DNA of 64,000 nucleotides from Candidatus Bathyarchaeota archaeon (GTDB taxonomy: Archaea > Thermoproteota > Bathyarchaeia > Bathyarchaeales > DTEX01). Position 1 is the stretch's first letter. Every line of letters starts with the position of its first letter. Positions 49,582-59,122 of this stretch are shown here, in pieces. The position numbers were made by a program, and so were the translations under genes. The notes beneath the pieces were generated by a model. The model was given only the letters and a program-made list of their open reading frames with translations. It did not search any database and was not told the origin of the DNA. The stretch spans positions 67,584 through 131,583 of the forward strand of contig JAGTQB010000001.1 in NCBI GenBank assembly GCA_018396995.1, written 5' to 3'.

Positions 49582-50130
49582 TTATAGGAGATGAAGATCC
49601 TTGAGAGAACATACAGTTGAAACCTCGTGGTAAATACGCTTAATTCTTTCAATTGCCGGGTGATTTGCACCTAATTCTTCCATAAATCGTTTTATTGTCT
49701 CCCCGATTGGAACAATGCTTGTTCCCTCAACCATTTTGTCAGCGCATGAAACTATCTTCTCCTCAATAGTCTCTGGTATATAGTCCTTCTTTGGCCAACC
49801 TAATTTAGCAGCCTCTTCCGAGGATATTCCCCCTCCAACATGTCGTTCTATAATTGCTATAATTTTCTCCGGTAAGCCGAGGGACCGAGCCGTCTCAGCG
49901 CCGATGATTGCGTGATGAACGCTATGAGTCTTTGATCTGCCTATATCATGTAAAAGGGCTCCGATATGAACTAATTGTACATCCAGTTTTACTCCTTTTT
50001 CCAGGCATTTATTGGCTATTTTGACGGCTAATCTTGCAACTGCCTCACAATGTCTTACTACTTCATCGGAGCAGCCTACGCTTCTAAGAATCCTGAGAGC
50101 CTCCTCAGGCGAGGGCAGTCTTTCACCCAT
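49582..50130 (-). CDS. HD-domain (HDIG) phosphohydrolase, TIGR00295-like
   Basis: H...LLHDIGRS, H, ERHVG.G and EEKIVSCAD motifs. Confidence 0.9.
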   Translation of the reverse strand: MGERLPSPEEALRILRSVGCSDEVVRHCEAVARLAVKIANKCLEKGVKLDVQLVHIGALLHDIGRSKTHSVHHAIIGAETARSLGLPEKIIAIIERHVGGGISSEEAAKLGWPKKDYIPETIEEKIVSCADKMVEGTSIVPIGETIKRFMEELGANHPAIERIKRIYHEVSTVCSLKDLHLL

Positions 50131-50632
50131 TCAGCTCACTTTTAATCTTCTCAATCTTCTTCTTAATAGCCTCTATAATTTTGCTATTATCGTAAAATAC
50201 TAATGGCTTATTGCACTTTGGGCATCTAAATAAATATTCCGTTGCTTCCTCAAATGATAGACGCTTGCATCCCGGGGTATGGCAGTAGTAAAAGCTGTGG
50301 CTCTCCTCATACTTGAGCCTCTCTTCAAGCTTCTCTAGTATCCGTCTCTTCTGACTTATTATGAAGCCTTCAACCTGGTCTAACTGGGCCCTCCAGTAAA
50401 ACGTAAACCAGCCTGTATTCGTACTTCTAACTCTCCTCAACCCAACCAGGGAGAGCTCATAAAGCCTATAGAGTATCTTCCGGACATCATTAAGTTTTAT
50501 TCCAGTCTTAGATACTATCTCATCCTCTGTTAGCTCCTCATTTTGGCTAAGAACCTCCATTATTTTTGCTGCCTTTTCGCCACCAATCGCATGCGCGACC
50601 TTTATTAGTGTGTCATGGCTTATAATTGGCAT
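50123..50632 (-). CDS. tfe: Transcription initiation factor E alpha
   Basis: wHTH (VRKILY.L, GWFTFYW) plus Zn ribbon (C...C, FRCPKC). Confidence 0.93.
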   Translation of the reverse strand: MPIISHDTLIKVAHAIGGEKAAKIMEVLSQNEELTEDEIVSKTGIKLNDVRKILYRLYELSLVGLRRVRSTNTGWFTFYWRAQLDQVEGFIISQKRRILEKLEERLKYEESHSFYYCHTPGCKRLSFEEATEYLFRCPKCNKPLVFYDNSKIIEAIKKKIEKIKSELNG

Positions 50633-50720
50633 GCTTAATCACATCGAATATTCAGCAAATATAAATATTGTTGATAGAGAACTTAAATTAATCGGGAACT
50701 TTGGAATAAACTTATAGCTT

Positions 50721-51293
50721 TTAAAATAACCTTATGACTTTTTTCCCTCTTGCCTGCGGGATAACCTTTATCCTAGCATTCTCAAATTCTCTTTTGAGTT
50801 CTTCTCCCATATATAGTTCATGTAGGAAAACGCTTAGAGCTCCGACCTCAGAATGCGGTTGCAGGGTTATTGAGACATTCCAGTCAGCGAGATCGTAGAC
50901 TAATCTCGGAACCTTTTCTCCCCCAACAATGATAAGTTTATCCTTTTTAGACTTCCTTATTTCTTGAATGACTTCATTTAATGGTAAACCATACATTGTT
51001 AAATGTATAGCCTCGCCACCCATCTTTTTCCACTCTCTTATCTTTTTGACCCACTCCTCAACATACTCTATACTGAAAGGGCCTCCCCACGACTCCACGA
51101 CTTTTCTAATACTCGCCTCAACTTTCTCATCCTTTTGCCCACTATAAAATGCTCCGTGAGCACCAAATGCTCTAGCGACAAGAAAAACATGTGTTGTAAT
51201 GCGCTTATCCCTCTCAGGTCTATGCCCAAGTCTAAGGACAAAAACCTTCCAACTATGTTGATGACACAATTTTTCCACCGACTCTTTCAACAA
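50721..51293 (-). CDS. trm56: tRNA (cytidine56-2'-O)-methyltransferase
   Basis: VLRLGHRPERDKRITTHV, HLTMYG, VGGEKVP and QPHSEV motifs; exact start uncertain. Confidence 0.94.
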   Translation of the reverse strand: MLKESVEKLCHQHSWKVFVLRLGHRPERDKRITTHVFLVARAFGAHGAFYSGQKDEKVEASIRKVVESWGGPFSIEYVEEWVKKIREWKKMGGEAIHLTMYGLPLNEVIQEIRKSKKDKLIIVGGEKVPRLVYDLADWNVSITLQPHSEVGALSVFLHELYMGEELKREFENARIKVIPQARGKKVIRLF

Positions 51294-52527
51294 GCGCCAT
51301 AATCTTCTCTATAAGATTCTGCGGCACACCAATGTATACTTTTAGAGAATCATTATCGTATCCTATTCTATGCACCTTCGTATTCTCATATATCCAAGAG
51401 AGGAGAGAAAATGATTCCTGTTGCAGGGGCATTGTTATAGTTAAATCCTCATACCTTTTAAGGGTCTTAGACATCTCCATTTTGAGTAAATCAAGGTTAA
51501 CCCCATATAAGGCTGATATTGGAACGAATTTTAAGTTCTTATAGGCTTCACTTAAATATGCGACCTTATGATACAATTCATCCTTCGATAATAAGTCGAT
51601 CTTATTTAATGCAACTATCATCGGTATCCCCATTGCATCTATCTTTCTCAACGCATCAAGAGAAGATGCAATTTTTCTCATAACCTCATCAATTGTCTCA
51701 CTTATATCGACTACTAATAAAATTAGATCAGAGCAAGTGATCTCTTCCAATGTTGAGTAAAAGGCTTCGATTAAGGTTATGGGCAAACGTTCTATGAAGC
51801 CTACAGTATCCGTAATGAAAGCCTTCTCACCAAAAATATCCATAACTCTTGTCGTTGTAGACAACGTTGTGAAGACCTCTGGTCCAGTTAGAACCTCCTC
51901 TCTTGTGAGGGCGTTAAAAAGCGTGCTCTTGCCAGAGTTAGTGTATCCTGCGAGTGATATGAGGGAAAGACCAAGCTCAGCCCTCCGCGCCCTATGAACC
52001 TGCCTTAACCTTCTAATCTCCTTAAGCTTCTCCTGTATTTTATGAATCCTCCTTTTAATCTCATTATAGTAGACATCTGCCTCATATTTGCCCAATCCAT
52101 GGAAGCCTGGTTGCTCGCCCATCTTAGCAAGCCTAACCTTCTCCCTGGCATGGGCTAGCTCATACTGCAGCCGTGCCAATTCAATTTGGAGTTTAGCCTC
52201 TTTAGTCGAAGCCCTCTTAACAAATATTTCAAGAATTAGCTGGAAGCGATCAATAACTTCTACATTAGTTGCTTTAGCAAGATTATATATTTGAATGACT
52301 TTAAGGTCATTACCAAAAATTATTTTCTCCGCCCCGAGATTCTTAACCATCTGGGTGAGCTCTTTAACCTTTCCCGGACCAATATTATAGCGTGGATGGG
52401 GGAACCTTGTCTGTTCAATAACTCCAACAACTTCGTAGCCAGCTGCCTCGGCTAAACTCTTAAGCTCCTCTATGCATGATTTCTCAAAGGGCCCTCTGCG
52501 ATAAACTAGAATCGCCCTAGTCCTAGC
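51253..52527 (-). CDS. hflX: GTPase HflX; N-terminus extends upstream of the tracked ATG
   Basis: GYTNSGKSTL, DTVGFI and NKID motifs; the upstream frame encodes RAILV...EELKSLAEAAGYEVV...YNIGPGKVKEL up to the mbf1 TAG; start codon unresolved. Confidence 0.9.
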   Translation of the reverse strand, partial: ARTRAILVYRRGPFEKSCIEELKSLAEAAGYEVVGVIEQTRFPHPRYNIGPGKVKELTQMVKNLGAEKIIFGNDLKVIQIYNLAKATNVEVIDRFQLILEIFVKRASTKEAKLQIELARLQYELAHAREKVRLAKMGEQPGFHGLGKYEADVYYNEIKRRIHKIQEKLKEIRRLRQVHRARRAELGLSLISLAGYTNSGKSTLFNALTREEVLTGPEVFTTLSTTTRVMDIFGEKAFITDTVGFIERLPITLIEAFYSTLEEITCSDLILLVVDISETIDEVMRKIASSLDALRKIDAMGIPMIVALNKIDLLSKDELYHKVAYLSEAYKNLKFVPISALYGVNLDLLKMEMSKTLKRYEDLTITMPLQQESFSLLSWIYENTKVHRIGYDNDSLKVYIGVPQNLIEKIMALVERVGGKIVSST

Positions 52528-53055
52528 CTACCCCTCCTCATCCCCCTTTATGTGGACAACTTCGCCAAACGTAACTCCTCTTTTACTTCTCATAGCCATG
52601 TTAGTCGACTTGTCTAGATCAATCTCAGGCTGCTTAACCAACAATTTTATCTTCAATGCACGTTCAAGCTTAGTCGCTAGCCTAATGTCAGGTACGATTC
52701 TTTCACCTTCAATCTTCTTAATCACGGACTCCTTCTCTCCAATAATTTTGCCAAGATCCTCTGGCGTTAAGCCCAATTTCTCACGTGCTCTTTTAATTAC
52801 TGAGCCAAAGCCCTCAACTATCTCATAATCATCTTGTATTTGCGTCTGCGTTTGGGAGTATTTACCGCTGACAACTGATTTTATGCTTCTTGATAATTTT
52901 GGGGCAGCCTTTTTTGCAAGGTTCTCTTCTTTTCTAGGGGACCAGTAACCTGACCCAAGCTTAGCACACTCAGCACATGTAATAACATTAGCTCCCTCAA
53001 TGATCACTCTATGCGGCTTCCCTATAATTTTTCGGCCACAGACATCGCACTGCAA
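52528..53055 (-). CDS. mbf1: Archaeal multiprotein bridging factor 1 (Zn ribbon plus Cro-HTH)
   Basis: CDVCG...CAEC and IKRARE...EKESVIKKIE HTH. Confidence 0.92.
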   Translation of the reverse strand: MQCDVCGRKIIGKPHRVIIEGANVITCAECAKLGSGYWSPRKEENLAKKAAPKLSRSIKSVVSGKYSQTQTQIQDDYEIVEGFGSVIKRAREKLGLTPEDLGKIIGEKESVIKKIEGERIVPDIRLATKLERALKIKLLVKQPEIDLDKSTNMAMRSKRGVTFGEVVHIKGDEEG

Positions 53056-53135
53056 TGTAGAGCACCCAACTACTTATAAATATTTTGGCTTCAACCTTAA
53101 AAACTATTTACTTAAATTTTTACTGAAAAATTTAT

Positions 53136-53654
53136 TTGGCGAGAATCTTGGAGGGAAATGAGAGGCTCGTTCAAAGGAGCATTCTAGAGCGTATAAGAAA
53201 AATAGCCAATTATCAGTTTGGCGGAAACGTTGGAGAGAAATTGTTCCCCGAAGATGTTAAAGTCATCTTTTCTAAGAGGACTGGTAGAATAAGATACGTC
53301 TATTCTGGTGGGAGGCTCCTAGCTGCGCTAAATCCAACGACGGGGCTCTTTACACTCACAATTGAGGGTGCGAGAAGAGTCTTCTCATCCATGGAGCAGA
53401 AGCGTCTCTGGGTTAAAGTTGACGATAGCGTTGTTCCCTTCATTGAGAGGGGAAAGGATTTGTTTGCTAAGCATGTAGTAGATGCCGATGAAGATATTCG
53501 CCCCGGAGAAGAGGTTTTCGTAATAAATAGCAATGGAGAGATCGTGGCAGTCGGCAGGGCGCTACTCTCCGGCAGTGAAATGAAAGTCTTCAAGAGGGGG
53601 GTTGCAGTAAAAGTGCGTAGAGGTAAATGCGAAAAACAAAATACGGAAGAATAA
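53136..53654 (+). CDS. PUA-domain protein (C-terminal part of archaeosine TGT-like)
   Basis: YQFG, SKRTGRIR, FAKHV and RPGEEV...AVGRA...GVAVKVR motifs. Confidence 0.85.
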   Translation: MARILEGNERLVQRSILERIRKIANYQFGGNVGEKLFPEDVKVIFSKRTGRIRYVYSGGRLLAALNPTTGLFTLTIEGARRVFSSMEQKRLWVKVDDSVVPFIERGKDLFAKHVVDADEDIRPGEEVFVINSNGEIVAVGRALLSGSEMKVFKRGVAVKVRRGKCEKQNTEE

Positions 53655-53680
53655 TCAATCTCTATTGGTGATGTTAAGCC

Positions 53681-54022
53681 ATGCGGAGACTGAGCCCACG
53701 GGAGGCTAAGAGACTTTTACAGCGTATGGGCCTAAATATGACGGCTCTCGAAGCGAATGAAGTAGTAATTAAGGCGAAGGATAAGGAGATAATAATAGAG
53801 GAGCCTGAAGTTGCCGTTCTTGAAGTTCAGGGACAAAAAATATTTCAAATAACTGGTGGGAAAATAACTGAGAAAAGTATTGCGAGGAGGATTCAGATTC
53901 CAGAAGAGGATGTTATCCTGGTTGCCCAGCAGGCGAATGTTAGCCTAGAGGAGGCGAGAGCAGCTCTTGAGCAGACTGGTGGAGACCTCGCCCAAGCAAT
54001 ACTCCTCTTAACCCAAAAATGA
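53681..54022 (+). CDS. nac: Nascent polypeptide-associated complex protein
   Basis: NAC domain plus UBA-like EEDV.LVA.QA...GDLAQAI. Confidence 0.93.
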   Translation: MRRLSPREAKRLLQRMGLNMTALEANEVVIKAKDKEIIIEEPEVAVLEVQGQKIFQITGGKITEKSIARRIQIPEEDVILVAQQANVSLEEARAALEQTGGDLAQAILLLTQK

Positions 54023-54174
54023 GACGAGTACATTCAGTAATTGAATCATGGTTGGCGCTCAGATAGTAATGGAGAATCTAAAAACGGTCTATTATATGCT
54101 TTGAACTAGAATAAATATAAATATGCTGTATCCCAAGACTACTTAATTAAAGACGTGTTTAGGAGAGAAAATTC

Positions 54175-55257
54175 TTGCCTCCTAGGAAGACATGTATAAC
54201 ATACCATGAAAAGTTTATTCAACATGATTTTGGTATCAATCATCCTTTCAGGGGAAATAGGTATACCAGGGCTATGGAGTATTTTGAGAGAAAAGGGCTA
54301 TTTAATCTGCCGAACATAGTATTGGTTAAGCCAGAGCCCATTGAAAAAGAAATTCTTTTTAAGGTGCATAGTAAAGATTATGTTGACTATATTTTTCGTT
54401 TAGCGGAGCTGAATGAGCCATACGATATGGATACGCCAACTTCAAAGAGCATTATTGAGGCTTTAATGTACATCATTGGCGGGGTTATTAAGGCTGGAGA
54501 GGCGGTTTTTAAGGGCGAGTTTGAAAGAGCCGCGGCTCTTGGAGGGGGTTCCCATCACGCTGGCAGAGATTACGGCGGCGGCTTCTGTCTCTTCAATGAC
54601 ATCGCAATTCTAATAGAATATCTAAGGGAGAAATTTAATGTGAAGAGATTTCTAGTTCTCGATTATGATGCTCATGCGGGAAACGGAACAAGCGATATAT
54701 ACTATTCAGATCCAACAGTTCTCTTCATCTCAATACACCAAGATCCCCTGACAATATATCCGGGACGCGGTTTTATTAGTGAAATAGGGTCTGGAGAGGG
54801 AATTGGATATAATGTTAATATTCCGCTCCCGATGAGGACTGGAGAGGAAGCCTATCTTTATGCTCTTAAAGAGATTTTTCTACCATTAGCAGGAGAATTT
54901 AAGCCAGAAATCATTATAGCTAACGGTGGAAGCGACTCACATTTTGCTGACCATTTGGGAAGTCTTGGACTAACGGCTAAAGGTTTCTTCAAAATAGCGC
55001 GCTTAATAGGTCAAGTATCAGATGAAGTATGCTGGGGAAGAGCGGTGCTCCTCATTGGGAGCGGATACAATATTCAAGTTTTACCCTATGGCTGGTATGC
55101 ATTAATAGCTGGCATAGCGGAGCTAAATATAAGTGAGGAGGATATAGAAGACTACTATCCAGCGCCACAGAATCCATGGCAAAACATAAATGAGGTTAAA
55201 AGAATTGTTAAGGAACTAAAGAGTATATTGGCTGCATACTGGTCCTGCTTCAGGTAA
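54175..55257 (+). CDS. Histone deacetylase/AcuC family protein
   Basis: HP, GG.HHA, GFCLFND, D.DAHAGNGT, SIHQ and G.DSH..D motifs. Confidence 0.93.
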   Translation: MPPRKTCITYHEKFIQHDFGINHPFRGNRYTRAMEYFERKGLFNLPNIVLVKPEPIEKEILFKVHSKDYVDYIFRLAELNEPYDMDTPTSKSIIEALMYIIGGVIKAGEAVFKGEFERAAALGGGSHHAGRDYGGGFCLFNDIAILIEYLREKFNVKRFLVLDYDAHAGNGTSDIYYSDPTVLFISIHQDPLTIYPGRGFISEIGSGEGIGYNVNIPLPMRTGEEAYLYALKEIFLPLAGEFKPEIIIANGGSDSHFADHLGSLGLTAKGFFKIARLIGQVSDEVCWGRAVLLIGSGYNIQVLPYGWYALIAGIAELNISEEDIEDYYPAPQNPWQNINEVKRIVKELKSILAAYWSCFR

Positions 55258-55560
55258 GGCTGATTTTAAGTCTCCACCCAAATTCTTTAATTCCAGCTTG
55301 AGTCACTTAAAAGCTAGATAGTCAATTGTGATGAAGCATCTCTCAAGATTGCAAGGATAAAACTATTGATATAAAGTTATCTAGAGTAGACTTAAATTAC
55401 TAAATATTGTTGGCATTTTCATGTAAACCAATGCTCTCGGTCGTGTTTCCCCCTTATTCAATAAAGTTTTTTAACGTCTCCAGATGGCTACGAACCTATA
55501 TTTTGAGGGCGTGAGTATTAATATCTGGGTCAAGCAGCGGTATATTCTGGAGGAGCTGGG

Positions 55561-57318
55561 ATGATTTCTGAGCAGGATGAGAAAATATTTGAGAGGAGGG
55601 AGCTTCTGAAGAAGGCTTATTCAATAGATAAGCTATTCGAGATTGGCAGACAGCTGAATATACCGTATTTCGAGAAGCTTTCATCTTGCTGGGAGATGGA
55701 TGAAGATGAAGCCTCCAATGAAATATCCCTAAGAGTGACAGATGATGTTTTAAAGCAAATATTCCAAAAGTATGAGCCTAGAAGATGGATAACATTTAAG
55801 GGGAAATATTATCTGCTGGCTGACGGAAAGCTTTCCCTTGAAGGTTCATGGAACCTCGTTGCTAATGGGCTGCGCAGGTTCAAATTAATGCATGGCTCGG
55901 CTGGAATGAACCTTTTAAAGGCTATTGTTGAAGGAGGTGGCGTCATAGATTCCTATACTGTTAAGGAGATCATTAAATCTCCCCAGGTGTATGAAATGCT
56001 AAGTGATCTAGAAGATCTGGGCATAATATCCGCGTCATATATTGGCGAAAAATATAGGGAGTGGAGCATACCAAGAGAAATGCTCCCAATAGTTGAGTCT
56101 GAAGTATTTGGGAAAAAGGAAACCCGAGTGGAGCTGGAGAAACAAGCCACCAGTGTTAGTAAAGGGAAAAGAAGAATCATCGACCCACTGGCTGAGGAGA
56201 GAGCTATCATTGAGAGGATGGACCGTGAATTAGATTCCTATCTATACGATTTAATTGAGAATAGGCTTGAGGAAACAATAAAATTCGGCAGAAACTTCAG
56301 CATAACGAAACTTTCAAGTTACCTTCAAGACCTCTTTGGGCCAATCCTATACTTTGATAGCCTACTAAGCCTAACGCAGCAATATGGGCTATCAAACGCA
56401 GGGGTAATTAACCCTAGTGGAAAGATGGTTAAAAGGACTGGGTGGTCTCTAGCATTATTCGGCGACCCCGGAACCGGTAAGAGCTTTGCAACGAGAGATA
56501 TAATACTTGGGAAAACAAGCATTAATCTCCCAGCCCATGGAATACCTGGAAGGAACCGCTATTGTGGTGGGATGACGCCCGCCAGATTCATCAGAGTCGG
56601 CCAAGCCTATGCTGGGCGAACATTTAACTTCATCATTCCAGAATTTAATGACTTCTTTAGGTATAAGGGTATGATTGAGCCACTCAAGATTGCGATGGAG
56701 CAGGGCGAGATAAGATATGAAACCCAGCGGGAAGTTATAGGTCCATATAAGTTTACTTCCTTCTTTGTCGTAAACTATAACGTAGCAGTTTATAAGAGGG
56801 GGTATAAAGTAACAATTCAGGATCCGAACTTTAGAGCTATTGAGGATCGTATGCTATGCAGGCTTCACCGATTAACTAAGGAGCGCTTCACGGAGATAGC
56901 TGAGAGCCAAATGAAGATATTTCTCGGAAAAATGGATGTAGGAAAGATGGCGCAGGCAATTAGGGATCACTTAACCCTAATATATGCAATTGAGACGCAA
57001 CACCCTCTCATTAAAGATGAGTTTCCATATAAACCAGTGATGATAACTGAGGACGCATATAAGCTCATAGCCAAGGCTAGGGAGTATTTGCTTAACGAGG
57101 TGAAGGGAGACACTTTGGCGTTCTCGGCAAGGCTTGAGGATAAAGCCTTAAGCTTCGCCTGCTCCGCATCGCTCATGGAGTACTTTAACACTGATGAAGG
57201 CTTCATACCAATAAGCAGGGACTCATTGAAATATGCTATTCAGATATATGTCGAGGAGGCATCAATCAGATCCCAAGAAGAGTTTGAGCCAAGAGAAATT
57301 TTAAGCAAAATAATATAG
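55561..57318 (+). CDS. Hypothetical protein with divergent MCM-like AAA+ ATPase domain
   Basis: LFGDPGTGKS Walker A, IIPEFND Walker-B-like, AMEQGEI, EDRML and SARLE segments. Confidence 0.65.
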   Translation: MISEQDEKIFERRELLKKAYSIDKLFEIGRQLNIPYFEKLSSCWEMDEDEASNEISLRVTDDVLKQIFQKYEPRRWITFKGKYYLLADGKLSLEGSWNLVANGLRRFKLMHGSAGMNLLKAIVEGGGVIDSYTVKEIIKSPQVYEMLSDLEDLGIISASYIGEKYREWSIPREMLPIVESEVFGKKETRVELEKQATSVSKGKRRIIDPLAEERAIIERMDRELDSYLYDLIENRLEETIKFGRNFSITKLSSYLQDLFGPILYFDSLLSLTQQYGLSNAGVINPSGKMVKRTGWSLALFGDPGTGKSFATRDIILGKTSINLPAHGIPGRNRYCGGMTPARFIRVGQAYAGRTFNFIIPEFNDFFRYKGMIEPLKIAMEQGEIRYETQREVIGPYKFTSFFVVNYNVAVYKRGYKVTIQDPNFRAIEDRMLCRLHRLTKERFTEIAESQMKIFLGKMDVGKMAQAIRDHLTLIYAIETQHPLIKDEFPYKPVMITEDAYKLIAKAREYLLNEVKGDTLAFSARLEDKALSFACSASLMEYFNTDEGFIPISRDSLKYAIQIYVEEASIRSQEEFEPREILSKII

Positions 57319-57348
57319 AGTTATTGAATATTCTGTTTTCGGTGCTTC

Positions 57349-58410
57349 ATGATGAAGTATGAGATACGGATTGAGAAATTAAGGGAGAAGGTTATTGAGA
57401 AAGGTTTTGAGGCAATTTTGTTAAGTGATGAAAAGAATATATATTATTTAACTGGTTTTATGTGGGGTGCAAAACTACTTGTTCCAGTTGATGGGAATAG
57501 TGTACTTTTTGTGAACTCAGTAAACTATGAAACAGCAAAAAATTTTGCTAGAAATGTGGAAGTGGAGCTAGTGAAGATCGGCGAAAAGGTCGAAAAGAGG
57601 GTCCTCAATATGATTCTTGAGAGGGGCTTAAAGTCCATAGGATTTGATAAAATGGATGCCGCTGAATACCAAAAGATGAAAAACTCCTTAAATGGAGCTA
57701 AGATTGAGCCGCTTGGAGAAGTCCTCTGGTCCCTGAGAAGAATTAAAGATGAAGAAGAGTTAGCGCTTATAAGGAGAGCAGCTGCCTTAACGAGCAGGGG
57801 AATGAGTAGAGCTCTAGAAGTTATTAGGCCTGGAGTAAGAGAGTGGGAGGTTGCCGCTGAGGCGGAGTATGAGATGCGGAGGTTAGGTTCAGGCGGAGTG
57901 GCGTTTGATACGATAGTCTGCAGCGGACCAGAATCCGCCTACCCACATGGAGCTCTAGGAGAACGCGAGATTAGGGATGGGGATCTCGTTATAATCGACA
58001 TCGGAGCTAAGTATCATGGATACTGCGCGGATATGACTAGAACGATTGTTGTTGGGGAGGGGACGCAGATACAAAAGCATATACTTGAATTAGTTAGGGA
58101 GGCGCAGAAAGTAGCGATGAATCAAATAAGGGGTGGCGTCATGGCAAGGGATGTTGATTATGCTGCCAGAAAACTCATTATAGAGAATGGTTATGGTGAA
58201 TATTTTGTCCACGGCTTGGGCCATGGTATAGGCTTAGATGTACATGAGCCACCAACACTAGGACCATTAAGTGAAGATATATTGCTCGCGGGTAACGTTG
58301 TAACCGTTGAGCCCGGCATCTATATTCCGGGGCTCGGTGGGGCGCGCATAGAGGACACGGTACTAGTGACTAATGAAAGAGTTATAAAATTGACAGAGAA
58401 CAATGAATAG
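57349..58410 (+). CDS. Xaa-Pro aminopeptidase/prolidase (M24)
   Basis: D.GA...GYCADMTRT, HGLGHGIGLDVHE, TVEPG and RIED motifs. Confidence 0.94.
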   Translation: MMKYEIRIEKLREKVIEKGFEAILLSDEKNIYYLTGFMWGAKLLVPVDGNSVLFVNSVNYETAKNFARNVEVELVKIGEKVEKRVLNMILERGLKSIGFDKMDAAEYQKMKNSLNGAKIEPLGEVLWSLRRIKDEEELALIRRAAALTSRGMSRALEVIRPGVREWEVAAEAEYEMRRLGSGGVAFDTIVCSGPESAYPHGALGEREIRDGDLVIIDIGAKYHGYCADMTRTIVVGEGTQIQKHILELVREAQKVAMNQIRGGVMARDVDYAARKLIIENGYGEYFVHGLGHGIGLDVHEPPTLGPLSEDILLAGNVVTVEPGIYIPGLGGARIEDTVLVTNERVIKLTENNE

Positions 58411-58419
58411 GAATCCTAT

Positions 58420-59055
58420 TCATGCTTCCTCTGTCTTCTTAAGGGTCTTCCTAATCACAGGGCCGTTAGGGCTTGTTTCCTCAAATATTATTGCCTGAAA
58501 CTTATAGATCTTCGTTCCCTTTAGAAGCCAGCAGTCTGGTGGTAGGCCCGCCTTCAGGCAGCATTGAGAGAGGAACTCCTCCTCATTCCATCCCCATTCA
58601 ATGGGGACTTGTGGTAGGAGTAGGCCTCTGTAGAAACCTCTCTCAATGATGAGTCCATCTTCCCCGATTTTTATCTTAGATGGATATTCAAGCGGGGATT
58701 TGACTTCAATCAGTTCCGGCTCAGTAAGGACACTTACTTCTAAAACAACTTGGTTAAGCTCCTCTAACCTTAATGGGGGGAAGCGTGGGTCTCTAGTTGC
58801 GGACTCAATAGCAGCCTCTATAACCGCCCTAACGAGGGGATAAATTGGATATGGAAAACCTATGCAACCCCTAAGAGATTTCTCGCCGCCGATTATACTA
58901 TTTATTGTTACAAAGACACCCCTCTTTTCAAATAAATTTGGTGGGGCATCCTTTGGCGGGCTGATAATTCTCCCATCCTTCAGATTCTCCAGAATTGCTC
59001 TTCTCGCAAGTTTAACGAGGAATGTTCCTTCCTCATCACTTAAATTGAACGACAT
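58420..59055 (-). CDS. AMMECR1-domain protein (TIGR00296-like)
   Basis: GVFVT, LRGCIG, DPRF and GLLLPQV motifs. Confidence 0.93.
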   Translation of the reverse strand: MSFNLSDEEGTFLVKLARRAILENLKDGRIISPPKDAPPNLFEKRGVFVTINSIIGGEKSLRGCIGFPYPIYPLVRAVIEAAIESATRDPRFPPLRLEELNQVVLEVSVLTEPELIEVKSPLEYPSKIKIGEDGLIIERGFYRGLLLPQVPIEWGWNEEEFLSQCCLKAGLPPDCWLLKGTKIYKFQAIIFEETSPNGPVIRKTLKKTEEA

Positions 59056-59122
59056 AATATCCCACCAAATAACGGCACACTTATGGTGGAAACAGAGTCT
59101 AAAAAAGTTTTATGAGATGATG

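Noticed and set aside
52528..52530. Genome-wide TAG reassignment (pyrrolysine code)
   Set aside because: TAG ends many genes at their expected C-termini (malic enzyme, rpl2, rpl23, trpB, nadX), so only site-specific read-through remains possible.
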